Shown: positions 20,355 through 29,567 of the stretch, piece after piece | How positions within the stretch are numbered: the first letter of the stretch is position 1 | Layout of the letters: each line of letters opens with the position of its first letter | Assembly (NCBI GenBank): GCA_049581565.1 | Contig: JBAUSF010000098.1 | Coordinates: 1-45,665 of the forward strand | Source of the DNA: Acidimicrobiales bacterium | Lineage (GTDB): Bacteria; Actinomycetota; Acidimicrobiia; Acidimicrobiales; RAAP-2 | DNA: 45,665 bases | Reading direction: 5' to 3' | Notes under the pieces: model-generated | Told to the model about the DNA's origin: nothing | Database searches by the model: none | Seen by the model: only the letters and a program-made list of their open reading frames with translations | Position numbers and translations under genes: made by a program

Positions 20355-23300
20355 CGCGCTGCCTCATCCGCCGTGGCGTGCGGCGACGCCGACGCCCGGT
20401 GAAGAGCCATTCGAGGCGTTGTATCCACCCGAATCCGAGCCACACGATGATCCACATCGCGAGCGTGAAGCCCGCGAGCACACCGTTGAGGGGGAACCGG
20501 TTCAAGACAACGGTGGCCGTCGGATTGAGGGCCTTGGCCGGGACCCGGAACGAGGGCGTCCACGTGCCGAAGGTGGTTCGTGGTACCGCGCGTCCATCGA
20601 CGTCGAGAGAGAACGCGCTCGCCGGCGCGAGGCCCGCGACGATAGTCGAGCCCGCGACGACGGGTCCCGACGCCGACGTCGAACTAAAGACCGGAATCAG
20701 CCTGGTCGTTCCCGGCGCGGACTCGGCGTAGATGCCGTGGAAGACCGAGTTCGCAAAGACTTCGACCGAGGACGTCTGGAGCTCGAGCGAGAGGTCGCTC
20801 TGGCTCGCGAGGGCGCTCATGAGCATTCCGGGCACGTGACGCACCGGAGTGCTCTCGACCCCCGAGAGCTCGGGCGACGACGAGTTCATCACCACGATGC
20901 TCGATATCCCCGCTGGTGCGAGCAGCGAGCCCAGCTGCACGGTGTGACCGGTCATGGCGCTCTCGACCGCCTTCATGACGACGTCGCTCGCGCCCGAGCC
21001 CGGCGGGTTGAAGAGTGTCGAGCCACCCGGCAGACCGTTCATGGACGTCGCCGCTTCGAGCCCCGGGGCCACGCTCCAGCCGGCGAGTGGCAGCACCGAG
21101 GGATCCCCGAGCCAGAGCACCCGGTAACCACCGGCCGTCGAGGGAGCGAGCGTGCTGAGTGACTGGGCGACGCTCGTCGTCGGTAGGTCGAAGCGTCCCG
21201 AACCGAGGCTCTGAAGGAAGGACAGGCTGGCCACGACGAGCGTCGCGACCGAGAGCGCGGCCGCAACCTGACGCCAACCGAATCCCGCCTCTCGCAAGTC
21301 GTGTTCGAGCGCCCCGATGCCGAGACCGATGAGCGCGGCGAGGCAGAGCGCATAGAGCGTAAGCAGCTCGTCCAGACCCGGCGCGAACGAACCCATCCAG
21401 TGGCGTGAGGCCAGCGTCGCGAGCACCAAGCTCAGTGTCGCTATCACCGCCAACTTCGTCGCGATTCGTCGGCGATCCCCTCGACAGAGCGCGAGCGCAA
21501 ACAGCGCCGCGAGCGGCAAGAGCCATCCCCACCAACTCGAGCCGAAGCTCCCGTCGGCACCGCGCAGCAGGTATGAGAACGAGGGAACCGACCAGGGGCC
21601 GAGCGGCAACCCAAAGACTTCAGGCGCCCGACCACCCGCGAGCGCGGTATCGATCGTGAGCGGCAAGAGGAATATCGCGACGTTGAAGACGAGCGAACCG
21701 AGCAGTCGCCACGTTCCGCGAAAGCTGCTCGACGGATCTGGTTCGAACAGCCTCGCGATCCCGATGCCGAGAACGATGATCGCCACGAGCACGAGGGTCG
21801 CCGGCGCCATGGCCGTCAGGAGCGCCGCGACCATGATGAGCAGCATGCGCTGACCCGCCTGGCTCGTACGCCACCCCCGCTGCCCGAAGGGCACCGGCTC
21901 GCTGTAGGGACGAGTACGAAAGCCCGGCACGTCCATCACTTCGAACACTCGCCGCACGATGAACGGAAGTCCCGCGACGACTACCAGCAGGTCAACGCGA
22001 CCCTGGCCGATCGCGTTCATTCCGACGGGCATCGCCGCGTAGGCGAGCGCGCCGATGAGGCGCGCGCGGTTCGACGCCCGATCCTTCAGCAGTCGCCCCA
22101 CGCCGATGGCGCCGACGGGAACCGCGAATATGAGCGCCAGGCGCGGCAGTATCCCCATGCGACCGAGCACGAAGGTGCCAGCGAAGGCAATCACGCCATA
22201 GCCGGGCATGCCCGGCGCCCCGGTGCCGACGCCATTTGCCGACCAGGACGCGAAGAAGTGGCGCCACGTTGACCACCACGAGTCGATTGGCGCCAGTCGT
22301 CCGATCAGCGGGAGGTGCATGGCCACGAGATTGCGTGAACCGATCGCCCACAAGAAGACCGCCACGACAACGACGGTCGCCTGGGCACGAAACGAGGTCA
22401 TCAAGCGAGACGGACGCGTTCGCTGCTCGAGCTGTTCACTTTCGGCAATCTCGTCGAACTCCTCGTCCTCGGCGAACGCCGCGGCGAATCCCACACCGGC
22501 CTCGGCTGGCTCACTGAGGCCATCGGGCTCCACGTCGAGGGGCAAGATGCCGCGGGCTTTGTCGTAGCCCTCGCGCATCAACGTGACCAGGAAGTGCCGC
22601 AATCGCACGGCTCCGCCGATCTGGAGTCGATGGAGATCGCCGTCGGACAGGACGCGAAGACCCCGGAGTTCGCGTCGACGCTGGCGAACCCTACGGCGGT
22701 GGTTGAACACCCACCGCCACGATCCGGCGATCGCCCCGGCGCGGTCGGTGTCCCAACCGAGCAGCGAGACACCGACCTCGAAGATGTCGAGCACGAACAG
22801 AGCAATGAGGGTCCACCAGCTCGACCGCCAGCTCCAACCCGTCGCCACGACCAGGAGCTGGTGACGACGCTGCAGATCCTGTCGACTCGCGCGGCGGGTC
22901 CCCAGGGCGCTCACGGGTCGCTCGCCAGTGGCGACGGTCTCGCGGTGCGCCACTTTGGCGAGCGGCGCGACGACGATCCGCGCACCGGCGACCTGAGCAC
23001 GCCAGCACAGGTCGAGGTCCTCCCCGAGTATGGTGATGAGCGGGTCGAAGCCCCGTAACGTCGAAAAGAGGTCGGCGCGCACGAGCACGACGCCGCCCGG
23101 CGCGACGAAGACGTCGCGCTCGAGATCCTGTTGACCGTGGTCGATCTCGCCGAGTTCGACACGTTCACGCACGACACCGAAGCGGTCAGAGGTCTGGCCG
23201 ACGTGGAGCAGCACGAGCGGGTCCTCGTAGGCGACGATCTTCGGGGTCACGATGCCCGCGTTCGTCCTGAACGCCGCCTCGACCATCAGCTGGACGGCGT

Positions 23301-23598
23301 CGGGCTCCAGACGTACGTCGTCGTGGCAGAAGAGGAAGAAGGCTGATCCCTGTACCATGAGCGCCGCTTCATTGCACGCGGCGCCGTAGCCCCGATTCTC
23401 ATCGAGCACCCGAATAAAGGCGTGCGGCGCGACCATTGCCACCCGCTCAGCGACGTCGGGGGCGTCGCCGTTCGCCACAACGAGGAGGCTCAGCTCCTCG
23501 TAGTTCTGCGCCGCCAACGAGGCGGCGGCGGCCTCGAGGCCTGGCCCCACACCGGTAGTAACGATGACGGCGACAACGGCCGGCGCGCGAGAGTCCAT
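20347..23598 (-). CDS. GT2 glycosyltransferase fused to a large multi-TM and extracytoplasmic region
   Basis: ENRGYGAACN, FCHDD, GEDLDLCWRAQVAG in the first ~210 aa, then about 12 or more TMs and a YRVLWLGDP extracellular domain. Confidence 0.85.
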   Translation of the reverse strand: MDSRAPAVVAVIVTTGVGPGLEAAAASLAAQNYEELSLLVVANGDAPDVAERVAMVAPHAFIRVLDENRGYGAACNEAALMVQGSAFFLFCHDDVRLEPDAVQLMVEAAFRTNAGIVTPKIVAYEDPLVLLHVGQTSDRFGVVRERVELGEIDHGQQDLERDVFVAPGGVVLVRADLFSTLRGFDPLITILGEDLDLCWRAQVAGARIVVAPLAKVAHRETVATGERPVSALGTRRASRQDLQRRHQLLVVATGWSWRSSWWTLIALFVLDIFEVGVSLLGWDTDRAGAIAGSWRWVFNHRRRVRQRRRELRGLRVLSDGDLHRLQIGGAVRLRHFLVTLMREGYDKARGILPLDVEPDGLSEPAEAGVGFAAAFAEDEEFDEIAESEQLEQRTRPSRLMTSFRAQATVVVVAVFLWAIGSRNLVAMHLPLIGRLAPIDSWWSTWRHFFASWSANGVGTGAPGMPGYGVIAFAGTFVLGRMGILPRLALIFAVPVGAIGVGRLLKDRASNRARLIGALAYAAMPVGMNAIGQGRVDLLVVVAGLPFIVRRVFEVMDVPGFRTRPYSEPVPFGQRGWRTSQAGQRMLLIMVAALLTAMAPATLVLVAIIVLGIGIARLFEPDPSSSFRGTWRLLGSLVFNVAIFLLPLTIDTALAGGRAPEVFGLPLGPWSVPSFSYLLRGADGSFGSSWWGWLLPLAALFALALCRGDRRRIATKLAVIATLSLVLATLASRHWMGSFAPGLDELLTLYALCLAALIGLGIGALEHDLREAGFGWRQVAAALSVATLVVASLSFLQSLGSGRFDLPTTSVAQSLSTLAPSTAGGYRVLWLGDPSVLPLAGWSVAPGLEAATSMNGLPGGSTLFNPPGSGASDVVMKAVESAMTGHTVQLGSLLAPAGISSIVVMNSSSPELSGVESTPVRHVPGMLMSALASQSDLSLELQTSSVEVFANSVFHGIYAESAPGTTRLIPVFSSTSASGPVVAGSTIVAGLAPASAFSLDVDGRAVPRTTFGTWTPSFRVPAKALNPTATVVLNRFPLNGVLAGFTLAMWIIVWLGFGWIQRLEWLFTGRRRRRTPRRMRQRDE

Positions 23599-23704
23599 CA
23601 GTCATTCAAGGCTAGTTGGCCCCGACAGACACCCCGGACTCCATGCGTCGGCAGATACTGCAACAAGTGAGAATCGTCCGTGCCCACCGTGACGAGAGTG
23701 AGAC

Positions 23705-24610
23705 CTAGACCGTACGACGGCGGCGCTCTGCAACATCGCTCACGACGTCCTTCAGGGAGGTCTCGAGCGAGATCCCCGGCGACCAGCCCGTGGCCTCGTG
23801 CAGCTTGTCATAGGAGCCCCGAAACACCGGCACCTCGTTGGGGCGAAGCAGTTCGGGGTCGACAACCAGCTTCACGTCAGGCGCGATCAACTCCACGAGA
23901 CGAGCAGCGATGTCGCTGAGCGCAACGTCGCGACCGGAAGCGACGTTGTACGCCTCACCCGAGACTCCGCGCTCGGCGAGCAGGCGATAGGCCCGTACGA
24001 CGTCTCGCACGTCGCTGAAATCGCGACGAGTTGAAAGATCACCCACCGCAATCTCCGCGGCACCAGTCTCCTTCGCCTCGAGCAGGCGATTCGCGAGCGC
24101 CGGCACGACGAACGTTGGCGACTGGCCGGGACCGACGTGATTGAAGGGGCGAGCGATGATGATGCGCTGGCGGCGAACCCGCCACATCCCATGGGCGACC
24201 AACTCTGCCTCGACCTTGCTCGCCGAGTACGGATTGGCCGGCGCGACGCGGAACGTCTCGCGCAGGGGCTGGTCGGCCGGGCGCACGACGCCGTAGACCT
24301 CGGACGAACTCACGATGACCGTCGTAGAGTCGGCCACCGCATCGAAGGCGGCGTCGAGCACGCGTCGCGTGCCGACCACGTTCACGCGAGTGAACTCGTC
24401 TGGCTTCTTCCAGGACTCCCCCACGTGCGTCAGGGCGGCGAGATGGTAGGTCACCTCGGGGCGAAACCACTCGAATACCTGTCGCATGCTCACCGCGTCG
24501 GTCACGTCGCGTTCGCGGTCGATGCCGTGGACCTCGTCCCCGCTTTCTCTCAGGTGGTGGATGAGATGCGTGCCGACGAATCCGGTCGAACCGGTAACCA
24601 TGACGCGCAT
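23705..24610 (-). CDS. GDP-sugar extended SDR, most like GDP-4-dehydro-6-deoxy-D-mannose reductase (Rmd/Gmd family)
   Basis: VTGSTGFVG, SSSEVYG, PYSASK (YxxxK), ARPFNHVGPGQ, RRDFSDVRDVVRAY; start moved to ATG 24610 (TGATG coupling). Confidence 0.8.
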   Translation of the reverse strand: MRVMVTGSTGFVGTHLIHHLRESGDEVHGIDRERDVTDAVSMRQVFEWFRPEVTYHLAALTHVGESWKKPDEFTRVNVVGTRRVLDAAFDAVADSTTVIVSSSEVYGVVRPADQPLRETFRVAPANPYSASKVEAELVAHGMWRVRRQRIIIARPFNHVGPGQSPTFVVPALANRLLEAKETGAAEIAVGDLSTRRDFSDVRDVVRAYRLLAERGVSGEAYNVASGRDVALSDIAARLVELIAPDVKLVVDPELLRPNEVPVFRGSYDKLHEATGWSPGISLETSLKDVVSDVAERRRRTV

Positions 24611-25728
24611 CAGTGCTCCCGCGCCATCTCGTAGGCGACGAGATGCTGGTCGACGCACGCGTTCCAGGTGAAGTGCTCGGCCCTCGTTCGAGCGCGCCTT
24701 GCTGCTTCGACCCGTTCCTCTCGACTCGCCCGAAGCGCAGCCTCGATTGCCGTTGCGAGCGCGTGCGCGTCGCCGACCGGGACGAGGCGCGCGGCGTCGC
24801 CGGCGACTTCTTCCATCACCGTGCCGTGAGTCGTGACAACCTGTGCGCCACACGCCAGTGCCTCCAGCACCGGCAGACCGAAACCCTCGCCTCGCGAGGG
24901 GTAGGCCACGACCGCCGCGCCACGATAGAGGGCGGCGAGCAGCGCGTCGTCGACGTACCCGAGCCGACGGATGCGCTCTTTACCGGGGTGCGCCGCGAAC
25001 GCCGATTCGATCGGGCCCTCGCCCCAACCGATCTGTCCCGCGAGCCACAGCTCAACCGAGTCGTCGTCTCGAGCGACCTCGCCGAAGGCGGCGAGCAGCA
25101 CGTCGAGTCCCTTTCGCGGTTCTACGGTGCCCACAAACAAAATATAGGGAGCCCCGACGCGGAGGTCGCGGGCATGGAATAACTCGGGGTCGTCGGGCGA
25201 AGACTGCTCGAACTGCCCGAGTTCGACGCCGAGCGGTGCCACCACGATGGGCGCGTGCGCGGGCATGATCTCTTCGATCAGGCGCGCGCTAAAGGCGCTC
25301 ACGCTCACGAGCACCCGGGCGTGCTCGGCCGAATACCTGATAGCCCTTCGAAAGAAGACGACCTTTGATCGCTCGTGCCATTCAGGGTTGGTGAAGAAGG
25401 TCAGGTCGTGCACCGTGACGACCGTTGGCGTCCTAGTCCCGTGAGGCATCGTGTAGTGCGGTGCGTGCCACACATCGCTCGTACGCGCGACCGAGCTGCG
25501 AGCGAGCAGCGTCGCCTCGGTCGCGAGCCGAGCAACGCGCCCGTCGGGCACCAGTGGCGCGACCGTCGCTGACGGCGAGAACTCACGCCAACGCTCGGCG
25601 TCGTTTCGTCGGCTGACGAGCGTCGTCTCGACGCCGCGTGCGGGCAGCCGACGCGCGATCTCGACGATGTAGCGCCCTGCGCCGGCAACTCTCACCGGAA
25701 CCGCCGAGACGTCAAGTGCAACCTTCAT
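24610..25728 (-). CDS. Glycosyltransferase family 4 (MtfB/WbpX-like)
   Basis: VVTVHDL, FVGTVEPRKG, YPSRGEGFGLPVLEALACG. Confidence 0.92.
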   Translation of the reverse strand: MKVALDVSAVPVRVAGAGRYIVEIARRLPARGVETTLVSRRNDAERWREFSPSATVAPLVPDGRVARLATEATLLARSSVARTSDVWHAPHYTMPHGTRTPTVVTVHDLTFFTNPEWHERSKVVFFRRAIRYSAEHARVLVSVSAFSARLIEEIMPAHAPIVVAPLGVELGQFEQSSPDDPELFHARDLRVGAPYILFVGTVEPRKGLDVLLAAFGEVARDDDSVELWLAGQIGWGEGPIESAFAAHPGKERIRRLGYVDDALLAALYRGAAVVAYPSRGEGFGLPVLEALACGAQVVTTHGTVMEEVAGDAARLVPVGDAHALATAIEAALRASREERVEAARRARTRAEHFTWNACVDQHLVAYEMAREH

Positions 25729-26807
25729 CGCCAGCTCTCCAGATGGTCGAGGGCCACGTTGCGCCAGGTGAGCTCCGACACGCTCTCGCGTCGTTGGGAC
25801 CGTGCCCGTTCGTCATCGTCGAGACGGAGGGCGCTGACGAGGCCCCCGGCGATGGCGGACACGTCGAATGGGTCAACGAGGATGACTTCGCGGTTGTGCA
25901 GCGCGCTCGGTGTCGTGGCGCTCGCCACCACGCGACATCCTTCGTGCAACGCCTCCATCGGCGGCAGTCCCCACCCCTCGGCCCGCGGCACGTAGGCAAA
26001 GACCGTCGCCGCTCGGTAGAGCCCCCTCAGCATCGCGCGCGACACGAGGCCGAGCACGACCGCGTCGCCGAGATCAATTTCTCCCCACCCCGGCGGTCCG
26101 ACGATCACGAGTGGTCCGAGTTCGGCGTGCTCGATTCGGGCCTCGGCGTGCGCCGCCACGAGGCGCTCGAGATTCTTCCGTGGTTCACGCGTGCCCGCGT
26201 ACAACGTAAAGGGCCCCTGGACGCCGTGTTCGTTGAGCAGTGCGCGCACGTGCGCTTCGCTCTCGGGCGCCGTGGTCTCATCGTCTACTCCGAGGCGCAC
26301 TTCATGGAGTCGGTTCGGATCGAAGCCCTCTTCGACGAGCCGAGCTACGAGTCCGGGTGCGGTCAGGATGACGCGCACGTCGCTTCGACGCTTGAGCAGT
26401 TGCAGGCGTCGCTCGTGAAAGCGAATGCCTCGCGGTGTGCTCGCGCTGGGCTCATCGCGCCAGAGCAGATCGTGCACGGCGAGCGAGTGCACGGCGCCTC
26501 GCGCTCCGCCGCGATAGGGGCCGGCCACGGACGTCGCGTGCACCACCGTGCTCGCCGTCGGCACGCCGAGTGGCCAGTACGCCCAGATCCGAGTCAGCAT
26601 CTGGACCGACACGGGCGCTCGCACCTGGTCGAGGGCCAGTTCTGAGGCCGGCTGGGTCGCCACGCCCGACGGCGCGACACCGACGACGTGGAGAGACTCG
26701 TCGCCGAGGGCGGCGAGTCCGCTCACCAGTCCCCGGACGTAGGTAGCGATGCCGCCGGGCTGGGGCCGATAGAACTGATCGAGCGTGATGCTGATGACTC
26801 TGGCCAC
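25725..26807 (-). CDS. Glycosyltransferase family 4
   Basis: PGGIATYV, VHDLLW, AGTREPRKNL, EGWGLPPMEA; start moved to GTG 26807. Confidence 0.9.
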   Translation of the reverse strand: MARVISITLDQFYRPQPGGIATYVRGLVSGLAALGDESLHVVGVAPSGVATQPASELALDQVRAPVSVQMLTRIWAYWPLGVPTASTVVHATSVAGPYRGGARGAVHSLAVHDLLWRDEPSASTPRGIRFHERRLQLLKRRSDVRVILTAPGLVARLVEEGFDPNRLHEVRLGVDDETTAPESEAHVRALLNEHGVQGPFTLYAGTREPRKNLERLVAAHAEARIEHAELGPLVIVGPPGWGEIDLGDAVVLGLVSRAMLRGLYRAATVFAYVPRAEGWGLPPMEALHEGCRVVASATTPSALHNREVILVDPFDVSAIAGGLVSALRLDDDERARSQRRESVSELTWRNVALDHLESWR

Positions 26808-26811
26808 CGCC

Positions 26812-27813
26812 TTAGCCTCGCACGACTTCTCGATAGAGCGCGACGTACGCACGCGCGGCCGTCGCCGGGGCGAAGTCCTGCGCCCGGGACATCCCCGCCG
26901 CCACCATGATCGCCCGACGAGCGTGGCTATCCCATATCTCTTCGAGCAGAGGGACGACTTCGTCATCACTCTGGGTGAGCGCGGCCGCTCCATAGAGGAG
27001 CTCTCGATTGATGGCCGTCGCTCGGGCAATTGTGGGCACCCCCGCCGCGAGGGCCGCGATCGCGAACGAAGGAAATCGCGCACCGTCTGAGATATGTAAC
27101 ACGACCCGAGCCTCTGCGAGCGCGTCACGCGCCTCGCTGCGAGGACGCAGGCGAACGTCGAGCGCGCTCGCGCGAATGCGCTGGGCGACATTCGTGCTCG
27201 TCACGGCCTCAACGTGCGCACCGCGACGTGACGCAAAACTCACGAGCTCGGGCGCCATCTTGAGAAACGGCTCGACGACGCCCGTGAGGTTGACCACGAG
27301 CGCGGTCCCGTCAATGGTAGGGCTCACGAGCGGCACGGCGGGCGGGACGACGACGACCTGAGGCCGGTCGACCCCGAGCACTCGAAGAACCTCGTGACTC
27401 GCGCTGCGAGAAGACGCCACGAGCGTCGCGCCGTGAAGAACGGCCCGGCGAAGCTGGGCGACGCGCTGATGCTCTCGCGATTCGCCGCGCAACGGGCGCA
27501 GGTCGTCGACCGAGATGATGAGTGGGGTCGATTTGGTCGGGGGCGTCGCCCGACCCGCCACGTGCACCACGTCGAGTGGGCCGAGCAGGCGGTCGATCGA
27601 GGGCCCGAGCCCGCGGCGCCACAGAGGGGCCCACAGGGGACGCAGCGCGAGTCGCGCTTCTGCGGGCGAGGTGCGTGCAACGCTCGTGTGAAAACGTACG
27701 AGTTCACAGGTATGCGTCGCGTCGAGTGCGTTCGCGAGATCGGTCATCGAGTTGCCGAGCGACTCGAGTGAACCGTCGAGGTCGAGCCCGACCCGCGGCG
27801 TGTCCGCGCTCAC
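26812..27813 (-). CDS. Divergent GT4-fold protein lacking canonical catalytic motif
   Basis: DVVHV..ATPP..PLIISVDDL and AALAAGVPTIA segments align with the neighbouring GT4s; GTG 27813 overlaps the upstream TGA (GTGA). Confidence 0.7.
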   Translation of the reverse strand: MSADTPRVGLDLDGSLESLGNSMTDLANALDATHTCELVRFHTSVARTSPAEARLALRPLWAPLWRRGLGPSIDRLLGPLDVVHVAGRATPPTKSTPLIISVDDLRPLRGESREHQRVAQLRRAVLHGATLVASSRSASHEVLRVLGVDRPQVVVVPPAVPLVSPTIDGTALVVNLTGVVEPFLKMAPELVSFASRRGAHVEAVTSTNVAQRIRASALDVRLRPRSEARDALAEARVVLHISDGARFPSFAIAALAAGVPTIARATAINRELLYGAAALTQSDDEVVPLLEEIWDSHARRAIMVAAGMSRAQDFAPATAARAYVALYREVVRG

Positions 27814-28616
27814 GAACCGAGCGCCACCGCGCGCACCTCGCTGGTCCAGGCGGGCCAGAGCTGCACCGCCCAGGGCCCGAAGTCTTCGGTCGTGGTCGCA
27901 ACGACGCCGATGCCTTCGTCGACGTTGAGCAACATGAGCGTGCCGGTCATTCCAAAGTGCCCGAAGCTCGTCGGCGGCCAGTCCCCCATCCAGTGGTGCT
28001 TGTCGCCGCGCACCTCGGGTCCCATTCCCCATGGGCACGGGTTGAAACGGCCAAATCCCGGCACCACACCCGCAAGGTCGGGTAGGTAGGGCCGGATCAT
28101 CCGGTCTCGCGTCGCAGTCGCGAGGGCGTCCGCACGCAGCCAGGCGAGCGCGAGCGTGGCCATATCGTCCGTCGATCCGATCACGCCCCCGGCGGGACGG
28201 CCGGTGAGGGCAGTCGTGGTCATCCCGAGCGGCTCGAAGACCCGGTCGTTTAGCCACTCGGCTGGTGGATTCTCGCCGACGATCCCGTGGACCGCGAGGT
28301 CGACGCCGTAGTTCGAATAGATCCGACGGGTGGCGACCGGCGCCACAGGATCACCCTCTTCGAGGCCGAGCCCGCTCGAGTGCGACAGCAGATTGGCGAA
28401 GTTGGCCCCACGCGGCCCGACCGTCTCGGTGTAGGCGTGCAGGCCCCAATCCATTTCGATCCCGAAGGCCATCGCGACCGCCATCTTTGAGACCGACGCC
28501 CAAGGTCTCACCGATGAGAAGTCCCCCACTTCGGCGACCCGCTCGACGGCACCAGCGTTCATGCGCAATATCACGTACGCGAGCGAGCCCCGCCAGCCGC
28601 CGTCGAGAGTGCTCAC
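27810..28616 (-). CDS. Serine hydrolase (beta-lactamase/PBP-like esterase family)
   Basis: WASVSK (SxxK), LLSHSSGL, YSN, FGHFG; start moved to GTG 28616. Confidence 0.88.
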   Translation of the reverse strand: MSTLDGGWRGSLAYVILRMNAGAVERVAEVGDFSSVRPWASVSKMAVAMAFGIEMDWGLHAYTETVGPRGANFANLLSHSSGLGLEEGDPVAPVATRRIYSNYGVDLAVHGIVGENPPAEWLNDRVFEPLGMTTTALTGRPAGGVIGSTDDMATLALAWLRADALATATRDRMIRPYLPDLAGVVPGFGRFNPCPWGMGPEVRGDKHHWMGDWPPTSFGHFGMTGTLMLLNVDEGIGVVATTTEDFGPWAVQLWPAWTSEVRAVALGS

Positions 28617-28655
28617 AGCACTCGATGTTAACCACGCCGCCCTAAGGTTTCGGGG
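28617..28655. promoter_or_regulatory. 39-bp divergent promoter for cofD and the serine hydrolase-GT4 operon
   Basis: TAAGGT (28643-28648, +) 7 nt before cofD GTG; TAACAT (28625-28630, -) 8 nt before GTG 28616. Confidence 0.5.
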
Positions 28656-29567
28656 GTGATTACCGTTCTGAGTGGAGGCGTGGGCGCCGCGCGACTGCTT
28701 CGCGCGCTGAGCGACGTCACCGACCCGCGCGAGTTGAGCGCCGTCGTAAACGTGGGCGACGACCTCGTGCTCCACGGCCTCACGATCTGCCCCGACCTCG
28801 ACACGATCACGTATACGCTCGCGGGACTCAACAACGATGAGCTGGGCTGGGGTCTGCGCGGGGAGTCCTGGCGAGTCATGGAAGAGCTCGGGCAGCTGGG
28901 GGGTGAAGCCTGGTTCCGGCTCGGCGATCGGGACCTCGCGACTCACCTCTACCGAAGCGAGCGTCTGCGTCAGGGCGCGACGAAAACGCAGGTCACACGC
29001 GAACTCGCGTCTCACTTCAACGTTGCCGTCGACGTCCTGCCGGTAACCGATGACGCGATCGCGACGGAGTTCATCACGCCCGACGGTCGCCTCACCTTCC
29101 AGGAGTACTTCGTCCGACGTCATCATGACGTCGTCGTCTCTTCGATCGACGTGGTGGGTGCCTCCGCGGCCCGACTGAGCGATGAGGCGAGATCGGCAAT
29201 GACGGGTGCGACTCGCCTCATCATCGCCCCGTCCAATCCACTCATCTCGATCGAGCCCATTCTTCAGGTGCCTGGTGTGCGAGAGCTGGTGCGAGGCGCC
29301 ACGGATGTGGTCGCGATCTCACCGATCATCAACGGTGCGGCCTTGAAGGGCCCCGCCGACCGACTCTTGCGCGAGCTCGGCCACGAGTCCTCGGTGCTCG
29401 GCGTCGCGGATTTCTACGGGGATCTCGTCGGCACGTGGATCATCGACGAGGCTGACCGCGACCTCGCCCGCGAGCTTCGAACCCGCGGGGTGAACGTCGA
29501 GGTCACGACCACGATCATGTCGGACCCCGAACAGGCCCGGCGGCTCGCCAAGGTGGTCACGTCATGA
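28656..29567 (+). CDS. cofD: 2-phospho-L-lactate transferase (F420 biosynthesis, CofD/FbiA)
   Basis: LSGGVGAARL, VNVGDD, ICPDLDT, WFRLGDRDLATH, FQEYFVR, PSNPLISI, LKGPAD. Confidence 0.96.
   Translation: MITVLSGGVGAARLLRALSDVTDPRELSAVVNVGDDLVLHGLTICPDLDTITYTLAGLNNDELGWGLRGESWRVMEELGQLGGEAWFRLGDRDLATHLYRSERLRQGATKTQVTRELASHFNVAVDVLPVTDDAIATEFITPDGRLTFQEYFVRRHHDVVVSSIDVVGASAARLSDEARSAMTGATRLIIAPSNPLISIEPILQVPGVRELVRGATDVVAISPIINGAALKGPADRLLRELGHESSVLGVADFYGDLVGTWIIDEADRDLARELRTRGVNVEVTTTIMSDPEQARRLAKVVTS

Noticed and set aside
27810..28616. Beta-lactam resistance gene
   Set aside because: No signal peptide; the SxxK/YSN fold is shared with cytoplasmic esterases.
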